Shown one piece after another: positions 11,751 to 23,489 of a stretch of DNA of 64,000 nucleotides (within the stretch, counting starts at the first letter, position 1; each line of letters begins with the position of its first letter). The notes beneath the pieces are model-generated. The model did no database searches. It saw nothing but the letters and a program-made list of their open reading frames with translations, and was not told the origin of the DNA. The position numbers were made by a program, and so were the translations under genes. The DNA is from Haliotis rubra (taxonomy: Eukaryota), in NCBI RefSeq assembly GCF_003918875.1, contig NW_025766957.1:1860001-1924000 (forward strand), in the 5' to 3' direction.

Positions 11751-13285
11751 CTGCAAAGAAATAAATGAAATCCATGAACATTTAACAAAAAAAACAGGGG
11801 CAATGCTTCAACTCAGATCACTGATCTACATATATATCGAGATAAATTCAAATTTGAAACACGTTTCATAGACTGACTTATCAGTAGTTTGTGCATCCCA
11901 GCATTTTTCAGCGAGAGGTGGTTTAAGCTTATAACCCCACCCCCCAAAATAAAAGCAAAATTTCTTAAGCATATAACCATCACCTTTCAGATTTTATTTG
12001 CTCCATAAAAGGTAATATTATGAGTATATTACAGCAACTCTGTGTATCCAACTTTCCTATTATGGGCAAGGAATATTGAAAAAGAAATTGAGGTATGATA
12101 AAGTGAGCTGTGGTTTGCCTGGATATTTTTAAACATTTTCCTTAAATACTTAAATGCTCTTAAAACATGCACTCACTTTGCAAAACAGGTAATTCTTCAG
12201 TATCAACAGTCAACAGCTTATCTGCAAGAGAGAAAGAATAAATTAATGGTAAATGAGGCCTTGTACTCACACACAATATAAACCCAGTGACTTTTAATTC
12301 ATCAATAGAATAATGTAACTGCACTCAATTTACATCAATCTACAATACACCAATCAAGTACTTAACAAGTGTAAACAAATGAACTCTAAGTGACTGATAA
12401 AAATGTTAATGCAATCAAGTACTATTTCATCACATTCTTAGGTTCATGAAGCAAGAATTTAATTTTTTAAACATAAGTTCATGGCTGGAAAAGAAACATT
12501 TTGCTTTCCATTTTAAGAGCATGTGGTCATGGGCTATATAGTGCATATTACCAACATCACGACAATATCAGTATATTCCACTCCCAAACAAAACAAGAAT
12601 CTAAGCAACAAAGAAGGGGGAGGGAAGCACATTCAACACTGTCCACCAAAGGAAGCTTCAATTTGATCAGGTACTAACAACTTTTCACTTAACTAAGCCC
12701 ATGTCTACCAACACTATAAGACCTTGACTGAACAACTTAAGGAATCCCTTAAGTATACAGATGTTAAAGGTAGATTTAGTGTCGTTAAATGTTTTTCTAA
12801 AATATATCCGACCTGTACACTAAAGGAGGGTTAATTGCATCAAAAGTAGTACACATCAGTTGAAGCATTTTGTGAGACAATGTTGATGCTTCCACAAGCA
12901 GAGGGAACGTCATGCTGATCACAAACACAGGACTGTTACACAAATAATTATGGTTATCAACCCAGCTATATATACAACCTACGAAATCACACAGCTGCCA
13001 CTAGTCTGTGATAACTTTAATATTTACAGATGCTGCTACAAATATTATCCTCTCTTCTATATAAGCAAAACTGATAATGTCCCAAGTTGCCTTACTATTT
13101 GTTAAATATGAGAGCATAACTGAATGTTTACTACTGGAAAGATCACAGAGACAGACATTAAGAATGGTTGCTTTAAATTGGCAGCCTAGGAAAAGTAGTT
13201 TAGGTGCATATTAAGACAGGATGGCAGTAATGACACTGGCTGCTGTGCTTTTTCTATAATGAAGGAGGCGAGGTGTACGCTACCT

Positions 13286-13439
13286 CTAGTCGTTTTCCTC
13301 TCTCTCCTTGCTCAATTTTGAATGAGGGCTTCTGCTACGATCCCTACTCCTACCCCTAGATCGGGACAGACTCCTACCCCTAGACCTGGATCGGCTTCTA
13401 CCCTTAGACCGACTGCGGCCCCGAGAGTGGGACCGTGAA
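13286..13439 (-). CDS. SRSF3: SRSF3-like copy A exon 5 (RS domain, stop)
   Basis: tttcAG acceptor; SRSHSRGRSRSKGRSRSRSRGRSLSRSRGRSRDRSRSPHSKLSKEREEND*. Confidence 0.85.
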
Positions 13440-13909
13440 CTGAAAGATCATCCATAAAGAAATAAGCCAAAAGAGAACCAGGGTAAAAGAAGGGCGCGCA
13501 ATTAGAGATTGAAAAATGCCAATTCAGCTGATTTGTTCAAAAATTTACCTTTTTAAAAAACATTGACTTATACTCAAAAGTAGCTAAAGAACACTTGAAT
13601 TTTTTCATATGACTTGAGTTCATCGGGTGGGTTTTGCAACACAATGCCTTCTGATCTGGATTTCTTTTACTTCATTTGAGACATTTACTTTCTCATGGCA
13701 CACAGTGGATTAGATTGAGCATCTGGTTAATACACAAACAACACCAAAACACTCTTCCAAACTGCTGAAAGATCTTAACATGAGACTTTTGGAAAGCATG
13801 TGTTCTATGGCATTCTCATTTCATGCAGAAGGTACTGAACTCAACTACAACTCAAAATAAGCATACAACTGCATGAACTACCAAATATGTAGATTAGACA
13901 CCATCTTAC

Positions 13910-13996
13910 CTGCTGCGGCTACGACGACGAGGTGAATTTGAATCGCTGCGACTTCGCCTACGCGGGGAGTAGGATCTGCGACGTGGGGAGAAAGAT
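13910..13996 (-). CDS. SRSF3: SRSF3-like copy A exon 4 (RS domain)
   Basis: gcAG..GTAAGA, 87 nt, phase 2/2; SFSPRRRSYSPRRRSRSDSNSPRRRSRS. Confidence 0.9.
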
Positions 13997-14380
13997 CTGC
14001 AAGTTGACAAATTAAATCCGTAATAATGATGACAGGGGATGATGCAGAAGAGCTGACTGAACGGCTGGCAGCAGCTATGACTCTTTCAACATGCAACAGC
14101 TGACAAATCGAGAACCAAGTTGTCAAGACCTGATTGGCTGGACAGTAAACACTCTCCAACCAGGCGGCTTTCACAAAGTTTTTAAAATTTTGTACTAGAC
14201 TTTATTTTAAATGTAAAATGAGTAATCTGACCTACACATGGCACTACATCTAATAATCAGATCCTATTACATTTTCAATTCTATCATGCCAAAATGAATG
14301 ATATGTCAAATAACTGATGGCAAGACAGTACAGCTTTAACATCCAAATGAGTCCTCTTGATAGTGCTACTATACCCATAC

Positions 14381-14896
14381 CCTGCATGAAGAGGTTGGGA
14401 CGAATCTGCGAAGGTTAGAAGTAGTAGTAGTAGTCCCTAACGTTGCTTTGTATGCATGTTGCAGAGGAAAAGTTGTAAGGCGTTGACAACTTCATTCTGT
14501 ACATAAAGTTGACGGTTGCTTTGTTGATTATAGACGATGTGTCGCTTTAGGGGGTTCATTGTAGATGGGACAGGCTGAAAGCCCTAGTCTGGGACCTGGT
14601 ACGAACGATGGGGGACTGGATTGATGTTGACGCTGACTGAAGAGGAGATTGGACGGCCTTGGACGATGTGACTGCCCACTTGCACTTGCCCGCTGACTAA
14701 AAATGTGTGAAGGGATGGATGGTAAACGTAGAGCGAGCGGGCGCAAGTGAAGGCAGGTGTCGGGGCGGGCTGGCTGGCGAGCAGCTGGTGGTAGGAGTAG
14801 TTAGGGGGCTGATAATGCTATATGAGAACAGTCCGATGAATTTGGAGCAAGCAGCTCATGTGGCTGATGGCTGGTAGTAGTAGTGGAGACCGGAGC
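14381..14896 (-). other. SRSF3: Probable poison (PTC) cassette exon, copy A
   Basis: ctgac branch-like motif plus ccAG acceptor; in-frame TAG at 14820-14818; AGG|GTATGG donor; conserved in copy B. Confidence 0.7.
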
Positions 14897-16701
14897 CTGG
14901 AATTGGGTCAGTCAAAAAATCATCATGTGAATTGGTAATGGCCATACACCTGGTTACTAACACTACTTCTGCTAAAGCAATTACAACCTCATGTTAAACA
15001 ACATATCTATTAAAAAAACTTCAATTAGTCATATGAAAATAAGCTTAATATATTCAACAGTTTTCACTTTGACCTTAAATAATTTCAACTAACAGGTACA
15101 TGACAAATGAACATATATAAATCTGAAAACAATGATTTTCCATTGTCCACAAAATACAAATGGTTCAATATTTGTTCTCTATTTCTTTAAGGTAGTAACA
15201 AACAAAAGCATAGAACAGCTAAGTTGGTTGGTTGTTTAACGCCACACTCAGCACTATTCCAGCTACATGGTGGCGGTCTGTAAGTAATGGAGTTTGGACC
15301 AGACAATCCAGTGATCAGCAGGATGAGCATCAATCTACGCAATTGGGATGCAATGACGTGTCAACAAAGTCTGCAAGTCTGACCACCCGATCCCGTCAGT
15401 CGCCTCTTACAACAAGTATGGGTTACTGAAGACCAATTCTATCCTGGATCTTCACTGGTCAGAACAGCTGTGTATTGTGTTAGGTGTATTACTGTTTTGA
15501 ACCAGTATTCCAGTCATATATTGGCATGTCAGCGTAAAGTGGGAAGGAAGCCAAAAGAAATGCATTTCTATCCATTTAGGGGAAATTCCAAAGCATTCAT
15601 ATGGTGCTGACAAAAATATAAACAATCTGGAGATTCAAAGATTCCTAGGGGACAATTCTGCAGTGAAGTGAACTGCAGTCCCTCAAATAAATGCCACCTG
15701 GTCCCAAACATGCACGTAGACACTATAGGGGCTCTTATGAACAAACAACAATGCACTCTTGTATCACCATAGACCCACACCCTGAACTTTGTTTCCAAAA
15801 GTACAAGAGTATAACCTGCAAGCTCAAAGATAAATTTCAAACAAATTTGTTATTCAAAAGAAATGCCAGACTCTGCATGAAATTGAAAGACTTGAAGAGT
15901 GAACACTTATTAACACTCAAACCCTTGGGGTACAGGCCTATGTTATAACAGTCATGATGTTACCACCAATTTACAAAGATTCATTTCAAAATTAATGCCC
16001 AATCTTAGAAGCCTTCAATAACAGTTTTAGTACTTGTATAAGTTCCAAAATTGAAAACTTGCACTTAAGTGTAACACATAGAGGCAAAGGATGAAATTTC
16101 AAGAAATGGCAGTCTAGAATTTTGATATTACATACAAGTTACATGTACACAAGACTTCTAGACATGATGATCTGTGATACCAAAATATCAAAACAATGTT
16201 ACATTATATTTAAGCATCAAAACAATTTGAAAGAATTCAATACTATTCCTAAACATAATCTGCTTTGAACATATTGCCAAAGTGTTCCAAAAGCAGTGAA
16301 CATACAAAACAAATAAAATGAATTACACATTGGTTTGTATAAGAACAAGATTATTGCCCGAAGTGCTGCCAAAGCATTTTGTATATTGGGGTATACAACC
16401 AATAAGTTTCATTTGAAAATAAAGGTACATTAGTACAATGTTTTTAAATCCAGCTGAAATATACATGCATGCCATGAATTTGATAAAATTAAACCAAAAC
16501 GGTTGGGGACAACATTAATAAAACATACAAATGGAAGCACATATAAAGCATACTTACAAATTTCATGGATATTTTTCATTGTGATCCAAATACAATATTA
16601 AAATCATGACAACATAAGTTTAGAATGAATGTGAAAGATTTTCATTGGCCAAGATGATGCAGCAAGAATATTTTATCTTCCTATAACAGAAGAAAACTCA
16701 C

Positions 16702-16833
16702 CGTGATCTGCCTCTCCTTGGTCTGTAGTCATCATAAGAAGAAGAACCCTGACGGCCAACTGGCGGTCCTCGACTTCCCCAACGAGACTTTCCTGACGAC
16801 ATTTCAACATGCACACGACGACCATTCATTCTC
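16702..16833 (-). CDS. SRSF3: SRSF3-like copy A exon 3 (RRM end and linker, no zinc knuckle)
   Basis: ctgcAG..GTGAGT, 132 nt; RMNGRRVHVEMSSGKSRWGSRGPPVGRQGSSSYDDYRPRRGRSR. Confidence 0.9.
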
Positions 16834-16870
16834 CTGCAGAAATCAACTTATGATATTAGCAGTTATTTAA

Positions 16871-17162
16871 AGGTCACATGCAACCAAAAGGACAAACATA
16901 ATTAAAATTATCACTTATAAAGGACATATAATATAAATTGCTGATTATGAAAAAACATATAAACACAATTATAAGCGTACAATCGCAAATCAAAAGTGCA
17001 ATATTTTGTACTTGGGTTTACTTCCCTTCATTGCGGGGGGGTTCATAGCGTTATATTTCAACTTTATAAATTGAATTTGCATTTTTTTATCATTTGCTAC
17101 TGCAAGTCCATACCGAAAGGTATCAGAATCTGCAAAGTTGTGTTTTATGTTGCATGTGACCT
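16871..17162. mobile_element. Kolobok-like MITE in copy A intron 2
   Basis: TTAA|aggtcacatgcaac ... gttgcatgtgacct|TTAA; absent from copy B. Confidence 0.8.
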
Positions 17163-18404
17163 TTAATGTAAAATGTAAAATGAAAGGCACTTTTCACTCA
17201 GAAGTCCTACTTATCAAGCCCATATATCTCATGTATGACAGATGTAACAACTTCTTTTAGTTCTAATCATATCTAAAATAAAGAGCTACGTCTGTCAAAT
17301 ATACACCATAGCTGATACAAGCAGAGCAGATCAGTAGATGGTCTGCCTGGGGAATACAACTTTGAACAGTTTCAGACCAATGATCCTCCTGGCCATTTGA
17401 TGCTTGAGCTTTCAATCACTGCCCAAAGCAGGGCATAGATTTTCCAAACAATCTTAGCCCTTAGATTATTGTCCATGTTTTAATTTACTGCTATACTTAG
17501 TACAGTAAACATGACCTGAAATTTACTGATCAACAAAAACAGACATCTATGTTTTCCACAATAAATTTTAATTTTGTATTCAGTGGATTGATTTTAAAAG
17601 AAAATTTGGAAAATAAGCAATATTGTCAATGTCTACTAATCATATCAGACTTGAAAACATATTTTGAACTTACAGAATAGTGAATGTCTGATGTTCAGTC
17701 AAAGCTATCACCAATGTTATTCAGGCTATGTTAGTACCGTTAATCGACTTAGTAAGCAGCGTGTTTACACAAAATTTATACATTCAAAAGTGGATCATTC
17801 TAAGGGCAAATGGTGAACATTATTTCAATTCTAATAGCACTAGTATGGTAATGCTATATTTATTGATCATAACATTTCTTGCATTTACAAACGTCTTCAC
17901 ACTGGCAGACATGCCATTGTGTTTGGGTAGTCATGGCATTTTTCATCATAAAAACAAAACATCTGCATGTTGGATATACATGTATGCATGTCAAATAAAT
18001 ACACGTAAAAATTAGTGACCTGACCATATTTACTGTAATTTTGTGCTGCTTCTCTTTAGTCTTGTCAGAAAATGAAAAATAAACATTGATGCCATTTGGA
18101 AATGAGCTGCTTTTACAATCTCCAACACAAATGAGTTACCCGAGTTACAATAGGTATCCTAGTTTTGTACAATCTGCGACAGATTTCAGATAGGTTGATA
18201 GTTATATTGTATCTCCTCTTTACTTAAGATAGTGTATCTTTGAATATAAGACGTTAGAAGTAATCTCACCTTTGATTGTTTCAAAAATCTAAACCCCCCT
18301 AGACCCAAAAGCTTAAAAGAATTCAAGAAAATCAAGCTCCAGAATGTTCATCATCATAAAAGTCATTAATGCCAATAGGGCATTTACACTGGATTATCAC
18401 TTAC

Positions 18405-18619
18405 GCTCCATCAAGGGCTCTTGTGGCATCTTCAGCATCACGGGGATCTTCAAATTCAACAAATGCAAACCCTGGAGGCTTCCTGGCTACCCACACATTA
18501 CGCAAAGGTCCATATTTACTAAACTTCTCTTCAAGCTCTTGTTTGGCTGCACCATAACCGAGATCTCCAACATATACTTTGCAATCTAGTCGCCAGTCTC
18601 TTGTCGAATTACGTGCCAT
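18405..18619 (-). CDS. SRSF3: SRSF3-like copy A exon 2 (start, RRM); predicted full protein 195 aa
   Basis: [10 protein letters not shown]...[33 protein letters not shown] is the SRSF3/SRSF7/Rbp1 RRM; phase-2 intron after LDG as in vertebrates; acceptor at 18634/18633. Confidence 0.92.
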
Positions 18620-20353
18620 TGTGCTGTTATTTCTAAAAACAAATACAAATGCATGCTATTATACTTGTTAAGAACATCATCTTGTAGCATACTTTTCAAA
18701 TTGCAGAGTATTTACCACTATAGAAAGGCCCTCAATCTACAATCAGAATTTGATGAGATTTCACACAATTTATACAAAGTTGACATCATGGTATATCTTT
18801 CTGCATTATACTGCAACCATGTGTAATCATGAAGCCAGGTTCATTGAAAATGTCTACTTTTCTCAGTTTTTTCACCTTCCCATAAGGTCACCATGGTCCA
18901 TGTCAGATGAGTCTTGCTAACAAGAAGTATACAGTAAATCCCAGTGAATGCATATTACAATAAATTAGGAAAATACCAGTACATTGTGCTTTTCAAAATC
19001 ATTACATGCCTTCACGTTCATCTTACCTGAAAGGTTTACATATGTGAGTGAGTGAGTTAAAATTTATCGTCACATCGGCATTATTTCAGCAATATCGAGA
19101 CGAGAACAATGGTTTACATATGTAAGAACCATTGAGTGAGTGAGTGATTTGAGTTTTACGCTGCACTCGGCAATATTCAAGCAATATGGCGGCGGTCTGT
19201 AAATCGAAGTGTTTCCGCATTTAATTACGAGGTAGATGTTGCATTAATGATCCCCAATTTAACTTAAAATTTGTTCCTTTTTTAACTTTTGCTTATGCAT
19301 GGAAACTTTACCCGTAGGGGCGATCGCATTGATGACATTCAGGCTGCTTCTGATGGATGGATTTTCTCCTTCGTTGGTTTCACATAACATAACTCACAGT
19401 GTAAATGCACTCTAAATAAAAGCTGTTATGAAAATTATTTACGTTATGACAACTATTCATAGTTGAGTACATACTGCCATTTGCCTCTGCTTTTCAATAA
19501 TTGATGTCCTATTTTGGTTGCCATTCCATCAGAGATGTGTTTGTTTAGTTGTGAGAAGGGGATGTGCGGAAGGACGGTCTATACAAGAGCTTGTTAACAT
19601 AAACATGATAAATGAAGCTACTTATTTAACTAATCCCGGCCTGTTTCATAAATCAATTGGGATCAGTTAAAAAACTATATATTTGATTTTTGTTTTCTTT
19701 GGATAAAACATACATATCGATAAACATACGACCAAACCGGAAACATGCCACTGGATATTTTTCGCACGCTCTGCGCACGCGCACAGCGAGTTGAAAAGTC
19801 TAATGTGAAACCAACGAATATTCTTGCAATATTAACGGGAATCGTAATGGCCGATCGAAAACATATGACGATCTAAACGTAAGATCACGCGGAAAGACGT
19901 ATGGACACACAACAGCAATCAAACTCTTCGGAATTCTTTCCCCGGTTATTCTGATGTTGAAAATGGAAGTTAATAGTACCCTATTTTGAACTAGCAGACA
20001 TTTATGAACGAGTCCTTGTCCATTTGTGTATTTGACCTATTTACCACGTTTGACTAGCACAATACAGGTTATCGTAGGTCTTCTAACTCATGCGAAGTCC
20101 CATGTAATCGAACATCTCAAACACTCCGCCTACTTCACTGCACCAGCAGTATTATTTGGTTTAAGTACTCCTGCATCGCATTTTGAAAGCTTGAATATCA
20201 CCGAAACCAGGGAATCAAACATGGCCGTGACCCGACGAAAGTGTGCTTCGGTCTCACCACATGTTAACCTTTCATGCAGGTCATGCTCTTTATCAGAATA
20301 CGGAAACGCAACAGTTTTTTCAAAATCAGCAAGCATGTGATGCTTCTACTTAC

Positions 20354-20490
20354 CTTAATACCTTGTAAACTAATTAACGAAGTACTGACGCACAAAACGT
20401 TCAAACAAACACCCACCAACCCTTGTCTACGTCTTTCAGCCTAATGAATACTATACCGCAGAAAAGCATTCATTTGATTTTGATTGGTCG
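20354..20490 (-). promoter_or_regulatory. Probable promoter and non-coding exon 1 of copy A
   Basis: TTAAG|GTAAGT donor at 20354/20353; CCAAT at 20487-20483; locally CpG-rich over ~19730-20520. Confidence 0.55.
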
Positions 20491-20767
20491 ATTTTCGTGG
20501 ATAGCTCCTTACAGGCGCTATGATAACAAACCCTGCTATGAGTATGAAATGAAACAGTTTATTGATGTGATTTACGATCCATATTCAAACAATTATTAAT
20601 ATAACATTCCTGTTACAAGCTGATTTCCGAGAAAAATGGGATTGAAGGAGTTTGATCTGACATAGTTTCTATTTACAACGTCGTGAGACGTAATATAACG
20701 ACATAAAGATTTCATCTATTCGCGAAATGCTGTTCAATCAGAGACCATATAATATATTTTCTTATAT

Positions 20768-20879
20768 ACACTTCAAGTCTCCATGGTCCAGTATATATTG
20801 AACCAGAGACCATATAATATATCTATTATATATATGGTCTCTGGTTCAATATACACTGGACCATGGAGACTTGAAGTGT
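20768..20879. repeat. Near-perfect palindrome with ~50-bp arms
   Basis: acacttcaagtctccatggtccagt...cagagaccatata / tatatggtctctg...actggaccatggagacttgaagtgt. Confidence 0.85.
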
Positions 20880-21404
20880 TATATTTTAACAAAAAGCAAT
20901 AGCTTTGTTTAACAGAGACCATATAATCTATCTAAAATTCGTTAAATTCTGGTCCATTTGTCTTACCTTTGCAATAAGAATTAGCTTTAAAAGAACATTC
21001 AGCCACGAATATGTGAATGTTATGTGGAATAAATAATATGTGTTAATATGATTATGTGTTTGAGGGGATGTTCCTTGCAAAGCCCGTTCGTAATTTATGG
21101 CTCTGTGTGTGCGTGTGTGGGGGTGGGGGGTGGTGGTTTGGGGTGTGTAGGTAATGATGACTTTTATGGAGAAGCATGTACAATGTGAATAACCCTCCCT
21201 AAACTTTATGTGCAAAAGAAGTGACACCCCAGCATGTTATGAACAAAATCAATGACCCCTCCTCCCCTGCCATATTTTGTAAGCATAATATATACATATT
21301 TGTATGTACAAAATTGTTGACACAACACCACAACCCCACCCCACCCCCACCCCCACCCCAGTACACGTGTACCAAATTGATGATACCCCAACCTCTCCAG
21401 AACA

Positions 21405-21718
21405 CCGGCGAGCGGAAGGTCGCGGGTTCAATCCCCGACCGCGTCATACCAAAAGACGTTAAAATATGGTACTTGTTTGTCCCTGCCTGGCGCTCGGCAT
21501 TAATGGGTAAAACAAGGACTGGTCTGCTTGGAGTCAGTATAATGTGTCTGAGTGGGGTATTCATGCTTCACTGCGGCATGGTATCTCAGTGGGCTAGCAC
21601 TATAAAGCCAGCCTCAGTCTGGGCTAGTACAAGCAGCCGCACCTACACATACACACGCATGCACGTCGTCATATGAGCGAAATAATCTCCCGTGCGACGT
21701 TAAACCCAATTTCCCCTC
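21405..21718 (+). mobile_element. SINE family C, 5'-truncated
   Basis: B-box gggttcaatccc; 14-bp TSD acctctccagaaca at 21391-21404 and 21719-21732. Confidence 0.85.
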
Positions 21719-21773
21719 ACCTCTCCAGAACAAAATGGGTGACTCCCCCTGAAAATCATCATCAGCCCTACTA

Positions 21774-22308
21774 TAGTCTGTTTGCAGTAAAAACGTACCG
21801 ATGAATTTCACTTTAAACCAAAAAGTTAATCAAATAATGTGAAATTAAGATTGCGAATCCTCATAACTTTACCTTGCCAATTGAACATTAAAATCTCAGA
21901 ATTTTATTCAACTTACGATAAAAGTTGTTTAACAAACGATCATAGTTTCAAATCGCTATTATTGGTTTGTATTACAAGGGGGTACGCGCAGTAGTTGGAA
22001 TAGTGAAACAAATGCACGTGCGGTCCGTGATGAGCGTAAACTTAGACTACCGTAGAAACCAACCCTTCTTGTTCTCGGGGTTTCATTTAATGTGCATACC
22101 CCCTTGTAATACATACCAATAATAGCGATTTGAAACTATGATCGTTTGTTAAACAACTTTTATCATAAGTTGAATAAAATTTCTGAGATTTAAAAGTTCA
22201 TTTGGCAAGGTAAAATCATGAGGATTCGCAATCTTAATTTCACTTTATGTGATTTACCTTTTTGTTTAAAGTGAAATTCATCGGTACGTTTTCACTGCAA
22301 ACAGACTA
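21774..22308. mobile_element. Fold-back MITE with ~220-bp arms
   Basis: tagtctgtttgcagt...actgcaaacagacta, TA flanks; partial copy at ~50778-50946. Confidence 0.85.
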
Positions 22309-23199
22309 TAGCCATAAATTATGAAAGACCCCTAGCAGCCAAACAAAAAAGACTAATGATATCCCTCATCGTAAAGATGCGAAGGTGAGCAAAATATTCA
22401 TTGGTATAATCCAGCATAGTTGTATTTTATATTATGAGTGCAAACACATTAAGTTTACGACTGACAAGTGTATACTGGCAATAACCCGCTATGGAATACT
22501 CATAACCTATATTGGATAACTCTATATGGGGCTGTTAATACCCGTCACATGTGCCTCTAAATTGATTACACGCTCATACATTGTTAATGCATGCAACCTG
22601 TTGACCTTACATTCAGCTGTTACGAAATTCAATATCGATAAATGGTAAAGCTGACACATATATCAGAAGTTCTTAAGGCGCATTTAATTTACGCCGATGT
22701 AAACTTTATAAAGTATTTTGAAATTGGGTAAACTAAGCCCCATTTTATAGATTGTGAACAGTAAACAGTTTTATATTGATTAGTTCAAAATGTCTATTAT
22801 TTATTTCAGTACTGATTTTGAAATTCAAGTATGTACACACGAACGAGGTACACACTCACATCAAAGTTAACTATTGGTGAGACTAACACATGCTATATTA
22901 GGGATTACATTGCAAGATAATGTAATCCAGCATATAGCATGTGTTACATTAGACTAAATGGCATTGTGTATTCATAGTCTTATTAATATTAAGGTGAGCT
23001 AAGTACAGAGTGATTGTTTAAAGAACAATTTAACTGGCAAATGCACACTAAAATATAGTCATGCTTTTAAATATCAAATAGAAATTCAGCATGTATCGAT
23101 GAAGATTAATTAACGAAAGATTACCCGAACAATGAGCGAAAACGTTCATAAGAGTGTTAGCGTGATTTACCATTCGCTATTGTTGTTGCATCTGATGCT

Positions 23200-23364
23200 G
23201 AGTGAGTGAGTGAGTTTAGTTTCACGCAGCTTTAGCAATATTCCTGCAATATCACAGCGGGGGACACCAAAAATGGGCTTCACATATTGTACCCATGTGG
23301 GGAATCGAACCCGGGTCCCCGGTGTGACGAGCGAACGCTTTACCATTAGGCTACCCCACCGCCC
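23200..23364 (-). mobile_element. SINE family A
   Basis: Full head, body and (tcac)n tail on - strand. Confidence 0.85.
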
Positions 23365-23489
23365 CTTCTGATTTTGAATCAAGAACTCTTTTGCCATTTT
23401 GAACGTAATGATGACGCTTTTTTTCATCAAGCAAAACGGTAGATAAAATACATAATAGCAATATGACATATGATATAATATTATATATC

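Larger units (their letters stand above)
21080..22333. mobile_element. MITE of the 6624-6879 family hosting two nested insertions
   Basis: Ends ...cgttcgtaatttatggct and agccataaattatgaaagaccc; internal sequence collinear with 6624-6879. Confidence 0.7.

Noticed and set aside
13878-14174. 98-aa ORF conserved with 34380-34649
   Set aside because: Out of frame with the RS exon, with different starts and stops in the two copies; a by-product of conserved intron sequence
16702-16833. Calling the genes SRSF7
   Set aside because: No CCHC zinc-knuckle sequence was found after the RRM in either copy
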